NCBI GenBank assembly: GCA_038870975.1
Contig: JAVZJD010000002.1
Location: 224,001-288,000, forward strand
Source: Candidatus Bathyarchaeia archaeon
Lineage (GTDB): Archaea; Thermoproteota; CALKCG01; B24
Direction of reading: 5' to 3'
Length of the DNA stretch: 64,000 bases
This document shows positions 21,720 through 31,377 of this stretch, piece by piece. The notes under the pieces were generated by a model. It made no database searches, had not been told where the DNA came from, and worked only from the letters and a program-made list of their open reading frames with translations. Each line of letters starts with the position of its first letter. Position 1 is the first letter of the stretch. The translations under genes and the position numbers were made by a program.

Positions 21720-21843
21720 TCGTAAAGCACCGTCTTCAATAGTGGAAGAATATTGTTAAAAACTTATCTAAACCCCTTTGAATCCCAACGCGCAGCGGTT
21801 TAAACGGCTATACGGTATAAGCTTATTTAACTGTATAGTATAG

Positions 21844-22230
21844 GTGAAGCCTAGAATGACCGGTGGAGAAGATTTCAGGTATACACAGAATATCGTAATT
21901 CGAACTGACATCCGTATGAGCTGTGGTAAGATGTGTGCACAGGCGGCTCACGCTGCTGTTGCAGCTTGTGAAGAATCTAGGAGAAGCCGTTCTGAGTGGC
22001 TTAGAGAGTGGCTTAGAGAGGGCCAGAGGAAGGTTGTTTTAAAAACGAATTCTCTCGATGAGCTCATCAGTTTAAAGAGGGAGGCTGATAGGTTGAATAT
22101 ACCGAATGCTTTAATTGAAGATAGAGGTTTAACGGAGCTCCCGCCTGGAACAGTAACCTGTCTAGCCATAGGTCCCGCTCCAAGGGAGCTTGTAGATAAG
22201 ATCACCGGAAAGCTTAAACTGATGGATTAA
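21844..22230 (+). CDS. pth2: Peptidyl-tRNA hydrolase Pth2
   Basis: MSCGKMCAQAAHA, GQRKVVLK, DRGLTEL, AIGP. Confidence 0.95.
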   Translation: MKPRMTGGEDFRYTQNIVIRTDIRMSCGKMCAQAAHAAVAACEESRRSRSEWLREWLREGQRKVVLKTNSLDELISLKREADRLNIPNALIEDRGLTELPPGTVTCLAIGPAPRELVDKITGKLKLMD

Positions 22231-22402
22231 CGATTCTATTAGTGTTTTACTTTTTTAAGCATGGAATTTACATAGCTGATACCATACAGCTAACATCAGT
22301 CGGAAAATTTGACGCTTTCCTCACATACGATAGTAAGCTGACTTTTAGGGCATTCCTAAGCTATACATAGTAATAGATGGAAAATTGAAGGATGAAGTGG
22401 AT

Positions 22403-22543
22403 ATGCGATCTGAGGCGGGGATAATTCCAAAAGACTTCGCGGAAATAATCGCTTCAATGATAGGCTTTAGAAAACTGCTAGTTCGCGATTACGCATCGAT
22501 AGACCTTAATATGGTTTACGAATTCCTCCAGACAAAGCTTTGA
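22403..22543 (+). pseudogene. HepT/DUF86 (HEPN) toxin C-terminal remnant
   Basis: Manual translation SEAGIIPKDFAEIIASMIGFRKLLVRDYASIDLNMVYEFLQTKL; resembles GFRNxLVHxYxxID but RX4H is altered to RKLLVR and the N-terminus is missing. Confidence 0.7.
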
Positions 22544-22829
22544 AACATTCATAAAACACATTTTTCAAATGGTTTAAAAGACTAAAATGCAAACCGATAA
22601 TAAGCAACGTGAAAGTCAAGGAATACATTCAGCCCTGTGGCTAAAGCATAAAGTTCCTGGGTGAAAATGATGCTTTTATAAAGTCTTGATATCCATCATG
22701 ACGACCATAAAGCTAAACCTTGCTCAAACAGTAAAAATCCTAACAGCGAAATCATGAAAGGTCCAAACCTTAAAGCATCAATAATGAACAGCGTAAAACT
22801 AACAACAAAGAACTGAAACAGAACATCTC

Positions 22830-23053
22830 CTCTGATCGCCCATTTTAATTACTTCGGCTTGACACAGGTCTCCAAGCATTCTAACGGCGTTGTGGATTTC
22901 CATATCGCCTTTAAGAACCTTCCTCCAAAGCGCGTTTGTACCCTCCTTTACAGAAGTAGGCTTAAACATCCTTTAAAATAAGCTCTCTGACAGTCTCCCA
23001 ACCATATTCTCTAAGGAGAACTTTACTGGGGAAGAAGAGTCAATGAGTTTCAC
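22830..23053 (-). pseudogene. VapC/PIN toxin remnant
   Basis: GTG start MKLIDSSS.VKF, then frameshifted GWETVRELI and KEGTNALWRKVLKGDM...DQ; C-terminal part lost. Confidence 0.65.
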
Positions 23054-23220
23054 GGTCCTCCCTCATGCTTCTAATAGAGAGACCTTTTTCACTTAATTTC
23101 ACCTGGCTTAAAATCTCATCCCATTCTTTAAGCTTCTCCCTTTATCCTAATCCTCTAAGCAAGCTCCTCTAAGTATTTTCTAACATCCCCAGGTATGTTT
23201 ATATCCACTTTCTCAAGCTC
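23040..23220 (-). pseudogene. VapB-like antitoxin remnant
   Basis: ELEKVDINIPGDVRKYLEELA* (internal stop, frameshift) ...SIRSMREDRETH*, overlapping the vapC start. Confidence 0.6.
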
Positions 23221-23304
23221 AAGGTAATTCTGAAAGAAAAGACAAATCGAATACAGTTGCATTTAAGCTACCACTCGATATGACTGAAGATTATCTATGG
23301 GATA

Positions 23305-25113
23305 TTACGCTGGAAAGTTTAAGTTCCCTAGGAAAGTTTTCGTAAAGTCGGGTTTAATGTAAAATTCTACAAACTTTATACGTTTAGCTAAATCTTCAGC
23401 TTTAACCCTCTCTTCGTAGGATATTAGGCACATTTTCGCACCCATACCAGCTGTATTCCCTACGCTTTTAACCCTGCTTAAGTCTATATTGGGAAGTAAG
23501 CCTATCCTAATAGCGCTTCTGGGATTTATATAGGAGCCGAAGGACCCAGCTAGGTATATCCTAGATAGTTTTTCAACACTAACCCCTGCATCACGCAGGA
23601 GTAGAGTTAAACCCGTAGCTATGGCAGACTTCGCCAATTGAATCTCCCTAACATCTCTCTGAGTTATCGTTATGGCATATCCATTACCGCTTTCTTCAGA
23701 ACTGGCTACTACAAACTCGTAATCTCCATCTGATTTTATGAAGAGATTTGGAGCTTTTGAAACGTTGAATCTACCGTTCCTACTCAGTAGGCCGGTGTCT
23801 AAAAGCGATGCTAAAGCATCTACAACACCTGAACCGCATATCCCTATGGGCTTCACACCACCTATTACACTATACTTTACGGCTTCAGAATCAATGTAAA
23901 CCGTCTCTATGGCTCCTAAGCCAGCCCTCATACCGTGCTTTATACGGGCCCCCTCGAAGGCAGGTCCAGAAGCACAACTACATGCGTAAAGGTCTCTACC
24001 GTCGTTCAAGATTATCTCCGTGTTCGTCCCAATGTCTACAACTGCACACGGCTCACTAGACTCGTATATTCTAGTTGCAAGAACATCTGCAACAGCATCA
24101 GCTCCCACGAATCCAGCTACAACTGGTGGAAGGTATAAGTTTCCAGACTCGTTTACGTTTAAACCTATTTCAGATGCTTTTATGTTTATAGAACTCCCTA
24201 TGACTGGTGTAAAAGGAGCCAGTCCAAGGGTTTTAGGAGGTATTCCGAGGAGTATGTGATGCATGGCCGTATTTCCAACGGCTACAATCTCGTATATGTC
24301 TTGAGGCGAGATGTTAACAGCTTTACAGACAGCCTCCGTCAACTGGTTAATACCTTCAACAACAGCCCTCTGCAGTTGAGCCGTCCTCCCGTAGTCTGAA
24401 GCGTAGGTTATCCTAGAGATAATATCTTCTCCAAAACTTATCTGAGGGTTCAACATGGATTTAACAGCCTCCGTTTCACCGGTTTTCAAATTTACAAGGT
24501 ATGCTACAAGTTTGGTAGTCCCGATGTCTAAGGCAAGACCATAAACCCCCTTAACACCACCAACGGGTAGAGCATCTAGTACGCCGACGTCTCTATGGTA
24601 TAACACTCTAATACTCCACCCACTTTCCCTTAAAACAGATGGAAGCTTTCTTAGAACTTTAACTGGCGGAGCAGTGTACGATTCGGCTTTTAAAGCCTCT
24701 AAAACCCTATCCCAGTCCGATTTAAGGTCTGAGAGAGAGGGCTTTCTAACCTCAACTACAGCCTCTTTAACCGCTGGATTAACTACTACAGGCGATTCTA
24801 AACCTTCAATAGCAACCTTATGGAAATGCACAATATTCTCCACTGGAATTTCCACTTCAACATCTTCCAAGGTCTTCGTTTGACAGGCGAGTCTAAAACC
24901 ACTTGAAAGCTTTTCACTGAGTAGTTTAAGCTCCTGCTCAGATGGGGGTGAAGTCTTACCTCTAACCACTCTTATGACGCATTTACCGCACGTACCTAAA
25001 CCTCCGCATATACTTTGAAGCATTATGCCACTCCTTCTGAGAGAGTCTAGAATAGTTTCATCTTCCTCAGTCTGTATTCTCAGTCCGATGGGTTGAACTA
25101 TAAGCCTAGGCAA
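23305..25113 (-). CDS. RACo-like ASKHA ATPase with N-terminal [2Fe-2S] ferredoxin (corrinoid reductive activator)
   Basis: CGGLGTCGKC...RLACQ; DIGTT; DIGTNTE; GPAFEG; AGSFG. Confidence 0.9.
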   Translation of the reverse strand: MPRLIVQPIGLRIQTEEDETILDSLRRSGIMLQSICGGLGTCGKCVIRVVRGKTSPPSEQELKLLSEKLSSGFRLACQTKTLEDVEVEIPVENIVHFHKVAIEGLESPVVVNPAVKEAVVEVRKPSLSDLKSDWDRVLEALKAESYTAPPVKVLRKLPSVLRESGWSIRVLYHRDVGVLDALPVGGVKGVYGLALDIGTTKLVAYLVNLKTGETEAVKSMLNPQISFGEDIISRITYASDYGRTAQLQRAVVEGINQLTEAVCKAVNISPQDIYEIVAVGNTAMHHILLGIPPKTLGLAPFTPVIGSSINIKASEIGLNVNESGNLYLPPVVAGFVGADAVADVLATRIYESSEPCAVVDIGTNTEIILNDGRDLYACSCASGPAFEGARIKHGMRAGLGAIETVYIDSEAVKYSVIGGVKPIGICGSGVVDALASLLDTGLLSRNGRFNVSKAPNLFIKSDGDYEFVVASSEESGNGYAITITQRDVREIQLAKSAIATGLTLLLRDAGVSVEKLSRIYLAGSFGSYINPRSAIRIGLLPNIDLSRVKSVGNTAGMGAKMCLISYEERVKAEDLAKRIKFVEFYIKPDFTKTFLGNLNFPA

Positions 25114-25115
25114 TT

Positions 25116-26069
25116 TTACACCTCCCTATCTTCAACGAGAGCCGCAGCTAAAACAGGCAAAGCTACTGTGAAATCACACGGGACAGCAACCCTATAAGAC
25201 TCTGGTTTAACCTTACCCCAGCTTATAGCTTCATCGGGGGTTGCGCCGGATAAACCTCCATACTCAGGTCTATCTGTAGATACGTTGACGACATACGTGA
25301 GAGGCTTCCCAGCAGTCATAACTGCTTGATTAAGGTAGTTCTTCGGAACACCTCCACCCAGTACGAGAGCTCCAGTCCTCTCAAACCCCCATATCAAATC
25401 GAGCAATTCCACTTGGTCTCTGAAGAGGTCTACCTTAAACTCAGAGCTACGGCTATACAAACTGATGTGTAAACCTAGAATACTGTCATTCAACGTTGGA
25501 CAGAAAACTGGTATGTTCATAGCGCTACACACCTTGAGAATAGACCTTTCGTCTGAAATACACCTGCCAAGCAGACTTAAAAACTCCCTACTACTCATAA
25601 TCCTCCTTGGAAGAGTTTCCAGAATATCCTTAAGCTTTCCCTCTAACAGGAGAAAACTCTCAGTTTTAACATATACGTCGTATATACGACTTAAACCCAT
25701 CCTTGCAAGCTCCCCATCGTCAACATAGACACTCCCTTTAAAATGCCTCTCACCAAAAGCCTCAAGAAGATCATGTGTTAAATTAGCACCCGTAGAAATC
25801 ACAGCGTCGAACAACCCAGCTCTAATCATTGTAGATATCGTAAGCCTTAAACCTCCGGGAACAGCCGCCCCGGCGATCGTAAGAAACTTAAGACAACCAC
25901 GATCCTTCGACATCAGACTAAGTATCTGATATGCCTCATAGAGCCTTCTAGCTGTGAATGAGCCGTTTCCAAACTCTTTTAGAAGCATTGAAACAGTCAT
26001 TTTTGGTTTAATCTTTATATGCTCAATAGGATTCAACATGCTCTTTCCTGATAGAAAGAGTGGAGACAA
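25116..26069 (-). CDS. dys: Deoxyhypusine synthase
   Basis: TGANLTHD, GGGVPKN, GGLSGA..EAISWGK. Confidence 0.92.
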   Translation of the reverse strand: MSPLFLSGKSMLNPIEHIKIKPKMTVSMLLKEFGNGSFTARRLYEAYQILSLMSKDRGCLKFLTIAGAAVPGGLRLTISTMIRAGLFDAVISTGANLTHDLLEAFGERHFKGSVYVDDGELARMGLSRIYDVYVKTESFLLLEGKLKDILETLPRRIMSSREFLSLLGRCISDERSILKVCSAMNIPVFCPTLNDSILGLHISLYSRSSEFKVDLFRDQVELLDLIWGFERTGALVLGGGVPKNYLNQAVMTAGKPLTYVVNVSTDRPEYGGLSGATPDEAISWGKVKPESYRVAVPCDFTVALPVLAAALVEDREV

Positions 26070-26102
26070 CGGATAAACTTATCTAAAGGAAGAACGTAGT
26101 AC

Positions 26103-26354
26103 TTGCCTAGGTCTCTGTTGAGCGGGGAGAAGTATAGGGTTGAAGTCAAACCCATTAGGAAGCCTATGAAAGTCAACTCAGATGTTCTTGAGGACGTGAA
26201 AGGCCTAAGCCCCAAACTCCTAGGGAGGATGAAGAAGGAAGCCGTAGAATGCCCCGTTAAGAAAACAACAATATCCTTCATAGAATGCTTTACGTGCAAC
26301 AACTTCATCACAAGAGTGAAGGGGATGGTTTACTGCAAAGGTGAACTACTTTGA
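26103..26354 (+). CDS. Small Cys-containing hypothetical protein
   Basis: ORF fills the gap, divergent from DHS; ECP...CFTC...VYC. Confidence 0.6.
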   Translation: MPRSLLSGEKYRVEVKPIRKPMKVNSDVLEDVKGLSPKLLGRMKKEAVECPVKKTTISFIECFTCNNFITRVKGMVYCKGELL

Positions 26355-26593
26355 AAATAGAGGCTAGACACATATTCCTAACCATAAATTTAATTTTATT
26401 CACTGTACTCCTTTACTACCTATGGTTTATAGCCCTTCCGCAGTATACCTACACATACTACTACGACGCTATTAGAAACACCATAATCTTAGTATCCATC
26501 CTACTCATAGTAGCCATGTTCCTATCCTCAATGTTCATACTTAAAGCAGGTAGAGAAGAGGAGCGGGAAGAAGTAGATATTGGGAAATACTAA
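26351..26593 (+). CDS. Small two-TM membrane protein
   Basis: Two hydrophobic segments, acidic tail, 4-nt overlap with previous ORF. Confidence 0.6.
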   Translation: MKIEARHIFLTINLILFTVLLYYLWFIALPQYTYTYYYDAIRNTIILVSILLIVAMFLSSMFILKAGREEEREEVDIGKY

Positions 26594-26604
26594 ACCCCCA
26601 GAAG

Positions 26605-28455
26605 CTAAACTTCTTCGGCAACGTCTTCCAAACCGAGTTGTAAAAGCTTCTCCTTACTTGGCACGCCATTTTCATCCCACCCCCTAAGCTCATAGTACTT
26701 CGATAGCATCTTTTCTAGTTCAACCACCTGACCCATAGCACCACCACTTTTAAGAGGCTCTTTAAGAAACCTATCCGGAAGATTATCATCTCTAGCCCTA
26801 ACACCCCTTTTAACATCTATCATTCGCTTGAGATTGTATATTCTCTCACCAGTCTCAATAAGCTCTCTAACCGTAATACGGCGACCAGTAACCATAGATA
26901 AAATCGCCGCCACGGCAGCGGGAGGAATAAACGCGAATTTACACAGAATAAGGGAATCTAAAACATCATGCCAATCCTGCATAATCTTAACAACCCTAGG
27001 CTTAGTCTCTAAATCGAAACGGTAAACCCTCTCATGTATACCTATGTCAGGTATACGCTCACCCTGCTCTACTATAAATACCTCACCCCTCAAATGACAT
27101 GCTCCTCTATGGGAAGTAGCATACTGAAGACCCATGCCTTTAAAAGCCCTAGGATCATGCATAGGGATCTCCAGCCCTTTAACATGCATAGCTATCCTTT
27201 TAGCTTCCTCTCCCATCGCCTCAGACATTCTTCTAACGCCTTCAGCCAGAAAGGCTCCAATACCATCACGGAGGGCTATTTTCTCTATGAGCTTTAGGAT
27301 TAAATCTGGGTCTCCCCATCCTATCTTTAAACCGTCAACCTCTCTCGATATTAAACCCCTATCGCAACATTCCATAAGGAATGCTATTGAAACGCCAGTT
27401 GTTATAGTATCTATACCATATCTATTGCACAACTCATTGGCTTTAACTATGGCTTCAATATTGTCGTTCAAGCATAGAGCTCCAAGTGATGCTACTGTCT
27501 CATACTCAGGACCCATACCCTCCTCCGTCCTATAAGGACTATTTCTCACTTCCACTATCCTACCACACGCTATGGGGCATCTGAAGCAAGCCCAATTCCT
27601 CTTTAAAACACTCTTAGCTATAGCTTCTCCAGAAATTTTCTCTATCCCACTCCAAACCCCTTCTGTAAAGTGCTTTATGGGAACATCACCGTACTCATAC
27701 ATCATACTCATAATTCCATTAGTACCGTAAGATGAGTAGATCTGAACGGTGGGGTGGCTTCTAATAGTCACGTAGAGCTTTTTCACGTATGATGCAAGCC
27801 TATCTTCTTCAGCCGCTGGGATCGATTTAACCGAGCCTTTAACGGCTATGGCTTTAAGGTTTTTCGAACCCATAACGGCTCCAAGCCCACATCTACCAGC
27901 GGCTCTACCTCTATCGTTTATAATGTTTGCATACCTGACGAAGTTTTCACCAGCTGGTCCGATTGAAGCCACTTTAACATCTTGACCCAATTCTTTCTTC
28001 AAAGCATCTTCACAGCTGTAAGTATCTAAGCCCCATAGGTGTCCACCATCTCTTATCTCACAACCAGACTCATGCACCCAGAGGTAAACAGGCTTCTTAG
28101 ATCTACCTTCCACGATTATCCCATCAAAGCCTGCGAATTTAAGCTCTGGTCCCCAATACCCAGCTGAATGAGATTCAGCCCATATTCCTGTTAAAGGTGA
28201 TAGAGCGCAGACAGTATATCTACCGGCTGAAGGAGTTATCGTACCCGTTAAAGGCCCGGTCATGAAAACCAGTTTATTAGACGGGTCTAAAGCGTCTATA
28301 TTCATCGGCGTCTCTCTATAGATTATCCAAGCGGCGTAACCGCTTCCACCTATGAACCTCTCCGCCGCTTTTTCATTCAAAGGCTCTATGGATGTCAACC
28401 CGTTGTTTAAATTCACCCTAAGTATCCGACCCATATATCCTCCTTTAAACGACAT
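26605..28455 (-). CDS. aor: Tungsten aldehyde:ferredoxin oxidoreductase family
   Basis: SPLTG, GRCGLGAVMGSKNLKA, CxxCxxxC, EYET, VKGLE. Confidence 0.93.
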   Translation of the reverse strand: MSFKGGYMGRILRVNLNNGLTSIEPLNEKAAERFIGGSGYAAWIIYRETPMNIDALDPSNKLVFMTGPLTGTITPSAGRYTVCALSPLTGIWAESHSAGYWGPELKFAGFDGIIVEGRSKKPVYLWVHESGCEIRDGGHLWGLDTYSCEDALKKELGQDVKVASIGPAGENFVRYANIINDRGRAAGRCGLGAVMGSKNLKAIAVKGSVKSIPAAEEDRLASYVKKLYVTIRSHPTVQIYSSYGTNGIMSMMYEYGDVPIKHFTEGVWSGIEKISGEAIAKSVLKRNWACFRCPIACGRIVEVRNSPYRTEEGMGPEYETVASLGALCLNDNIEAIVKANELCNRYGIDTITTGVSIAFLMECCDRGLISREVDGLKIGWGDPDLILKLIEKIALRDGIGAFLAEGVRRMSEAMGEEAKRIAMHVKGLEIPMHDPRAFKGMGLQYATSHRGACHLRGEVFIVEQGERIPDIGIHERVYRFDLETKPRVVKIMQDWHDVLDSLILCKFAFIPPAAVAAILSMVTGRRITVRELIETGERIYNLKRMIDVKRGVRARDDNLPDRFLKEPLKSGGAMGQVVELEKMLSKYYELRGWDENGVPSKEKLLQLGLEDVAEEV

Positions 28456-28529
28456 AGCAGAACAAAGTACACGGCACTTAACGATAAATTTTTTACCTGA
28501 ATAGTTGAACTCGAATATGAGGCGATTCT

Positions 28530-29897
28530 TTGGTTAAAATAGCTGTTATAGGTGCGGGAAGCATAGCGTGGTCTACGACTCTAATTCGGGATTTATGCGT
28601 CACTCCAAGCCTATGGAAGAGCAAGATTTCACTGATGGATATAAACGAAGAACGTTTAAACCTGTGCTACAGTGCCGCTAGAAGATACGCATCTGAAGTT
28701 AAAGCGGATTTAGATTTTGAGAAGACTACGGATAGAAGAGAAGCCATTAGAGAGGCAGACTTCGTAATAAACACTGCAATGGCTGGAGGGCATCAATACT
28801 ATGAGAAAATGCGGGAAATATCTGAGAAACATGGCTACTACAGGGGTATAAACAGCGTAGAGTGGAATATGGTTTCAGACTACCATACGATTTGGGGATA
28901 CTATCAGCTCAAGCTAATGATGGACATAGGTAGAGACATGGAAGAACTATGCCCAGATGCATGGCTCCTTCTACTTGCAAATCCCGTTTTTGAAGGCACG
29001 ACGCTTCTCTCAAGAGAGACGAAGCTGAAGGTTATCGGTCTCTGTCACGGGCATTTGGGATACAAAGAAATGGTTGGAATAATGGGGCTCGACTTGAATA
29101 AAGTTGAAGTCGAATCTGTAGGCCTTAATCACGTAATCTGGATGATAAAGTTCCTTTACGATGGAGATGATGGATACCCACTTTTAGACGAGTGGATTGA
29201 GAAGAAGGCGGAAGATTACTGGAAAAAATGGAGACGTACTCAGAAAAACCCCTTTGACTTACAGATGTCCCCTGCAGCTGTAGACATGTATAAAAGGTAT
29301 GGATTGTATCCAATAGGAGACTCTGTGAGAGGAGGCACGTGGAGATATCACTGGAATCTAGAAACTAAGAAGAAGTGGTTTGGGCCGACAGGAGGACCAG
29401 ACTCTGAAAAAGGTTGGGCAATATACTTAGAGTGGCAAAGAAGGGGTATTGAAAATATAGCTAAACACATTAACGACCAATCAACACCCTTGACTAAAGT
29501 ATTCCCCCCGCGTAGAAGTGAAGAGTCTGTCGTACCTATAATAGAGTCCATCATTACAGGTTGTAGAGGATACTACCAAGTCAATATTTTAAACAAGGGA
29601 ATGCTAAAAGGAATCCCAGACGATGTAGCTGTAGAAGTACCGATCGAAGTTGATGGAAAAGGTGTTCATAGAACATACTCGGGAGAACTACCCAAACGCA
29701 TAATGAGACATGTAATGAACCTAAGAATAACTAGAATGGAGTGGGCTCTCGAAGCCTTCTTGGAAGGAGGTAGGGACCTTCTATTCGAATGGCTGATAGT
29801 CGATCCAAGGACGAAGTCGAACGAGCAAATTGAAGAGACGATTAAAGACATTCTCTCACTACCGGAGAACGCGGAGATGGCTAAGCACTTTAAGTAG
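28530..29897 (+). CDS. GH4 NAD+-dependent glycosidase (alpha-glucosidase/galactosidase/glucuronidase type)
   Basis: IGAGS, ANP, GLCHG, GLNH. Confidence 0.9.
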   Translation: MVKIAVIGAGSIAWSTTLIRDLCVTPSLWKSKISLMDINEERLNLCYSAARRYASEVKADLDFEKTTDRREAIREADFVINTAMAGGHQYYEKMREISEKHGYYRGINSVEWNMVSDYHTIWGYYQLKLMMDIGRDMEELCPDAWLLLLANPVFEGTTLLSRETKLKVIGLCHGHLGYKEMVGIMGLDLNKVEVESVGLNHVIWMIKFLYDGDDGYPLLDEWIEKKAEDYWKKWRRTQKNPFDLQMSPAAVDMYKRYGLYPIGDSVRGGTWRYHWNLETKKKWFGPTGGPDSEKGWAIYLEWQRRGIENIAKHINDQSTPLTKVFPPRRSEESVVPIIESIITGCRGYYQVNILNKGMLKGIPDDVAVEVPIEVDGKGVHRTYSGELPKRIMRHVMNLRITRMEWALEAFLEGGRDLLFEWLIVDPRTKSNEQIEETIKDILSLPENAEMAKHFK

Positions 29898-29954
29898 TAT
29901 ACGCATCTACCATTTTTTAAATATGCATATGAGTATTATTTAGAAAGAGTTTAT

Positions 29955-29969
29955 AGAAAAATTTATAAG
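29955..29969 (+). promoter_or_regulatory. BRE/TATA promoter of the aspartate-aromatic operon
   Basis: AGAAAAA followed by TTTATAAG, about 25 nt upstream of ATG 29994. Confidence 0.5.
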
Positions 29970-29993
29970 TAAACCCCTGTCATAGGTTTTCGA

Positions 29994-30068
29994 ATGCACC
30001 AGTCCATTAGAGAAAACAATATCAGTTATTTCAAGGGATTTTATATTACTACTAGTTATAGCTTTTAA
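29994..30068 (+). CDS. Candidate leader peptide MHQSIRENNISYFKGFYITTSYSF
   Basis: ATG..TAA uORF at the expected TSS distance from the TATA box; 3 Phe + 3 Tyr in last 13 codons. Confidence 0.3.
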   Translation: MHQSIRENNISYFKGFYITTSYSF

Positions 30069-30114
30069 CTCTTAACATCCAATCATGCTGAAGCTTATCC
30101 TGGGGGGTCTTTTT

Positions 30115-31377
30115 ATGACTTTCAACCGGATTGTTGCCGTGAAATTCGGCGGGAAAGCCCTTTCCAATGGTTATGGAATTAGGAAGGCCGCTGAGATGGT
30201 TGCAGACGCTTTTAAGAGGGGGATTAAACCCATTGTAGTAGTTTCAGCTATGGGTAACACAACAGACGAACTCCTTAATATCATTAAGGAGGCGACGGAC
30301 GGTGTTGTCTCAAGTGAAATTGTAGACGACATCGTTTCAATGGGTGAGAGAACCAGCGCGAGAATACTTGCATCTGCTCTTAGATCTCTAGGCTTAGAAT
30401 CCATCTACCTAGACCCCAGCATGGAAGATTGGCCTATAGTTACCAATAGCAAGTTTGGAAATGCCGACCCTCTAATACCTGAGACATTCAAAAGAATAAG
30501 AAGCGTACTATTGCCCTTACTGGAGAAAAACGTCATACCGATTATACCTGGATTTGTAGGTAAAACTCCAGATGGGCGGATAACGACTCTAGGAAGAGGA
30601 GGAAGCGATTTAACAGCTCTACTTATAGGTGAAGCCTTAGAGCTAAAGGAAGTTGTACTCGTATCAGATGTAGATGGTATAATGACTGGAGACCCCAAGA
30701 TTGTAGAAAGTCCAAAAGTACTTAGAGAAATCGATGCAAAGTCGCTGATAGGTCTAGCCGATTCTGGTGTAAAATTCATTAAGAGGAAGACTTTAAAGTA
30801 TAAGACCCCTGAAACGGACATTAGGATTATAAGCTTCAAAAACGGGAGTATTGACGTTGAGGGGACGACTATCAAAGGCTCTTTCTCAAATCCAATTTCA
30901 AATTCAAGGTTTGAAATTGAAATGTACGGAGAACCTATAGCCGCTTTAACGGTTGTAGGTAAGGGTATTTCCAGTAGACCTGAGGTTTTAGCTGAAGTCC
31001 TTAAATCTATTAATGAAGTTGATGCGCAACCAGTAGGTCTTACAACAGACTCTGAATCGATAATACTGTATGTTCCCGAGTCTAAAAGTGTAGACATAGC
31101 CAAGAGAGTCCATAACACCGTTTTAAAGAATTCAGACGTTCTCATAGCGGTGGCTCTAAGGAGAGACTTAACTCTGATTAGCATCAAAGGTATTGGCTTA
31201 GAGGAGACCCCAGGCATCCTTGGAAAAGTAACAGAACCGCTGGGAAGAGAAGGGATAAACATCCACGGCATCTTCACAATAACCTCTACCATAAATGTCG
31301 TTGTTAACCGAAAAGATGCTGAACGAGTTTACAAGCTAATGACGGACATCTTAAGCACGGTGAATGGGAATGATTAA
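30115..31377 (+). CDS. lysC: Aspartate kinase with ACT domains
   Basis: KFGG, VVSAMG, LGRGGSD, DVDG; GGGGGT SD before ATG 30115. Confidence 0.92.
   Translation: MTFNRIVAVKFGGKALSNGYGIRKAAEMVADAFKRGIKPIVVVSAMGNTTDELLNIIKEATDGVVSSEIVDDIVSMGERTSARILASALRSLGLESIYLDPSMEDWPIVTNSKFGNADPLIPETFKRIRSVLLPLLEKNVIPIIPGFVGKTPDGRITTLGRGGSDLTALLIGEALELKEVVLVSDVDGIMTGDPKIVESPKVLREIDAKSLIGLADSGVKFIKRKTLKYKTPETDIRIISFKNGSIDVEGTTIKGSFSNPISNSRFEIEMYGEPIAALTVVGKGISSRPEVLAEVLKSINEVDAQPVGLTTDSESIILYVPESKSVDIAKRVHNTVLKNSDVLIAVALRRDLTLISIKGIGLEETPGILGKVTEPLGREGINIHGIFTITSTINVVVNRKDAERVYKLMTDILSTVNGND

Noticed and set aside
21994-22020. 12-nt tandem repeat GAGTGGCTTAGA in pth2
   Set aside because: Only about two copies, encoding EWLREWLRE in a normal helix; not CRISPR or a VNTR
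22310-22400. LamG-like fragment (LTYDS...KLYI..IDGKL) upstream of the HepT remnant
   Set aside because: Too short and split across frames to support
30405-31292. Long antisense ORFs (295 aa here; also 39908-40630, 31411-31977, 43102-43644 and others)
   Set aside because: Ser/Thr/Pro-rich shadows opposite well-conserved genes, with no motifs
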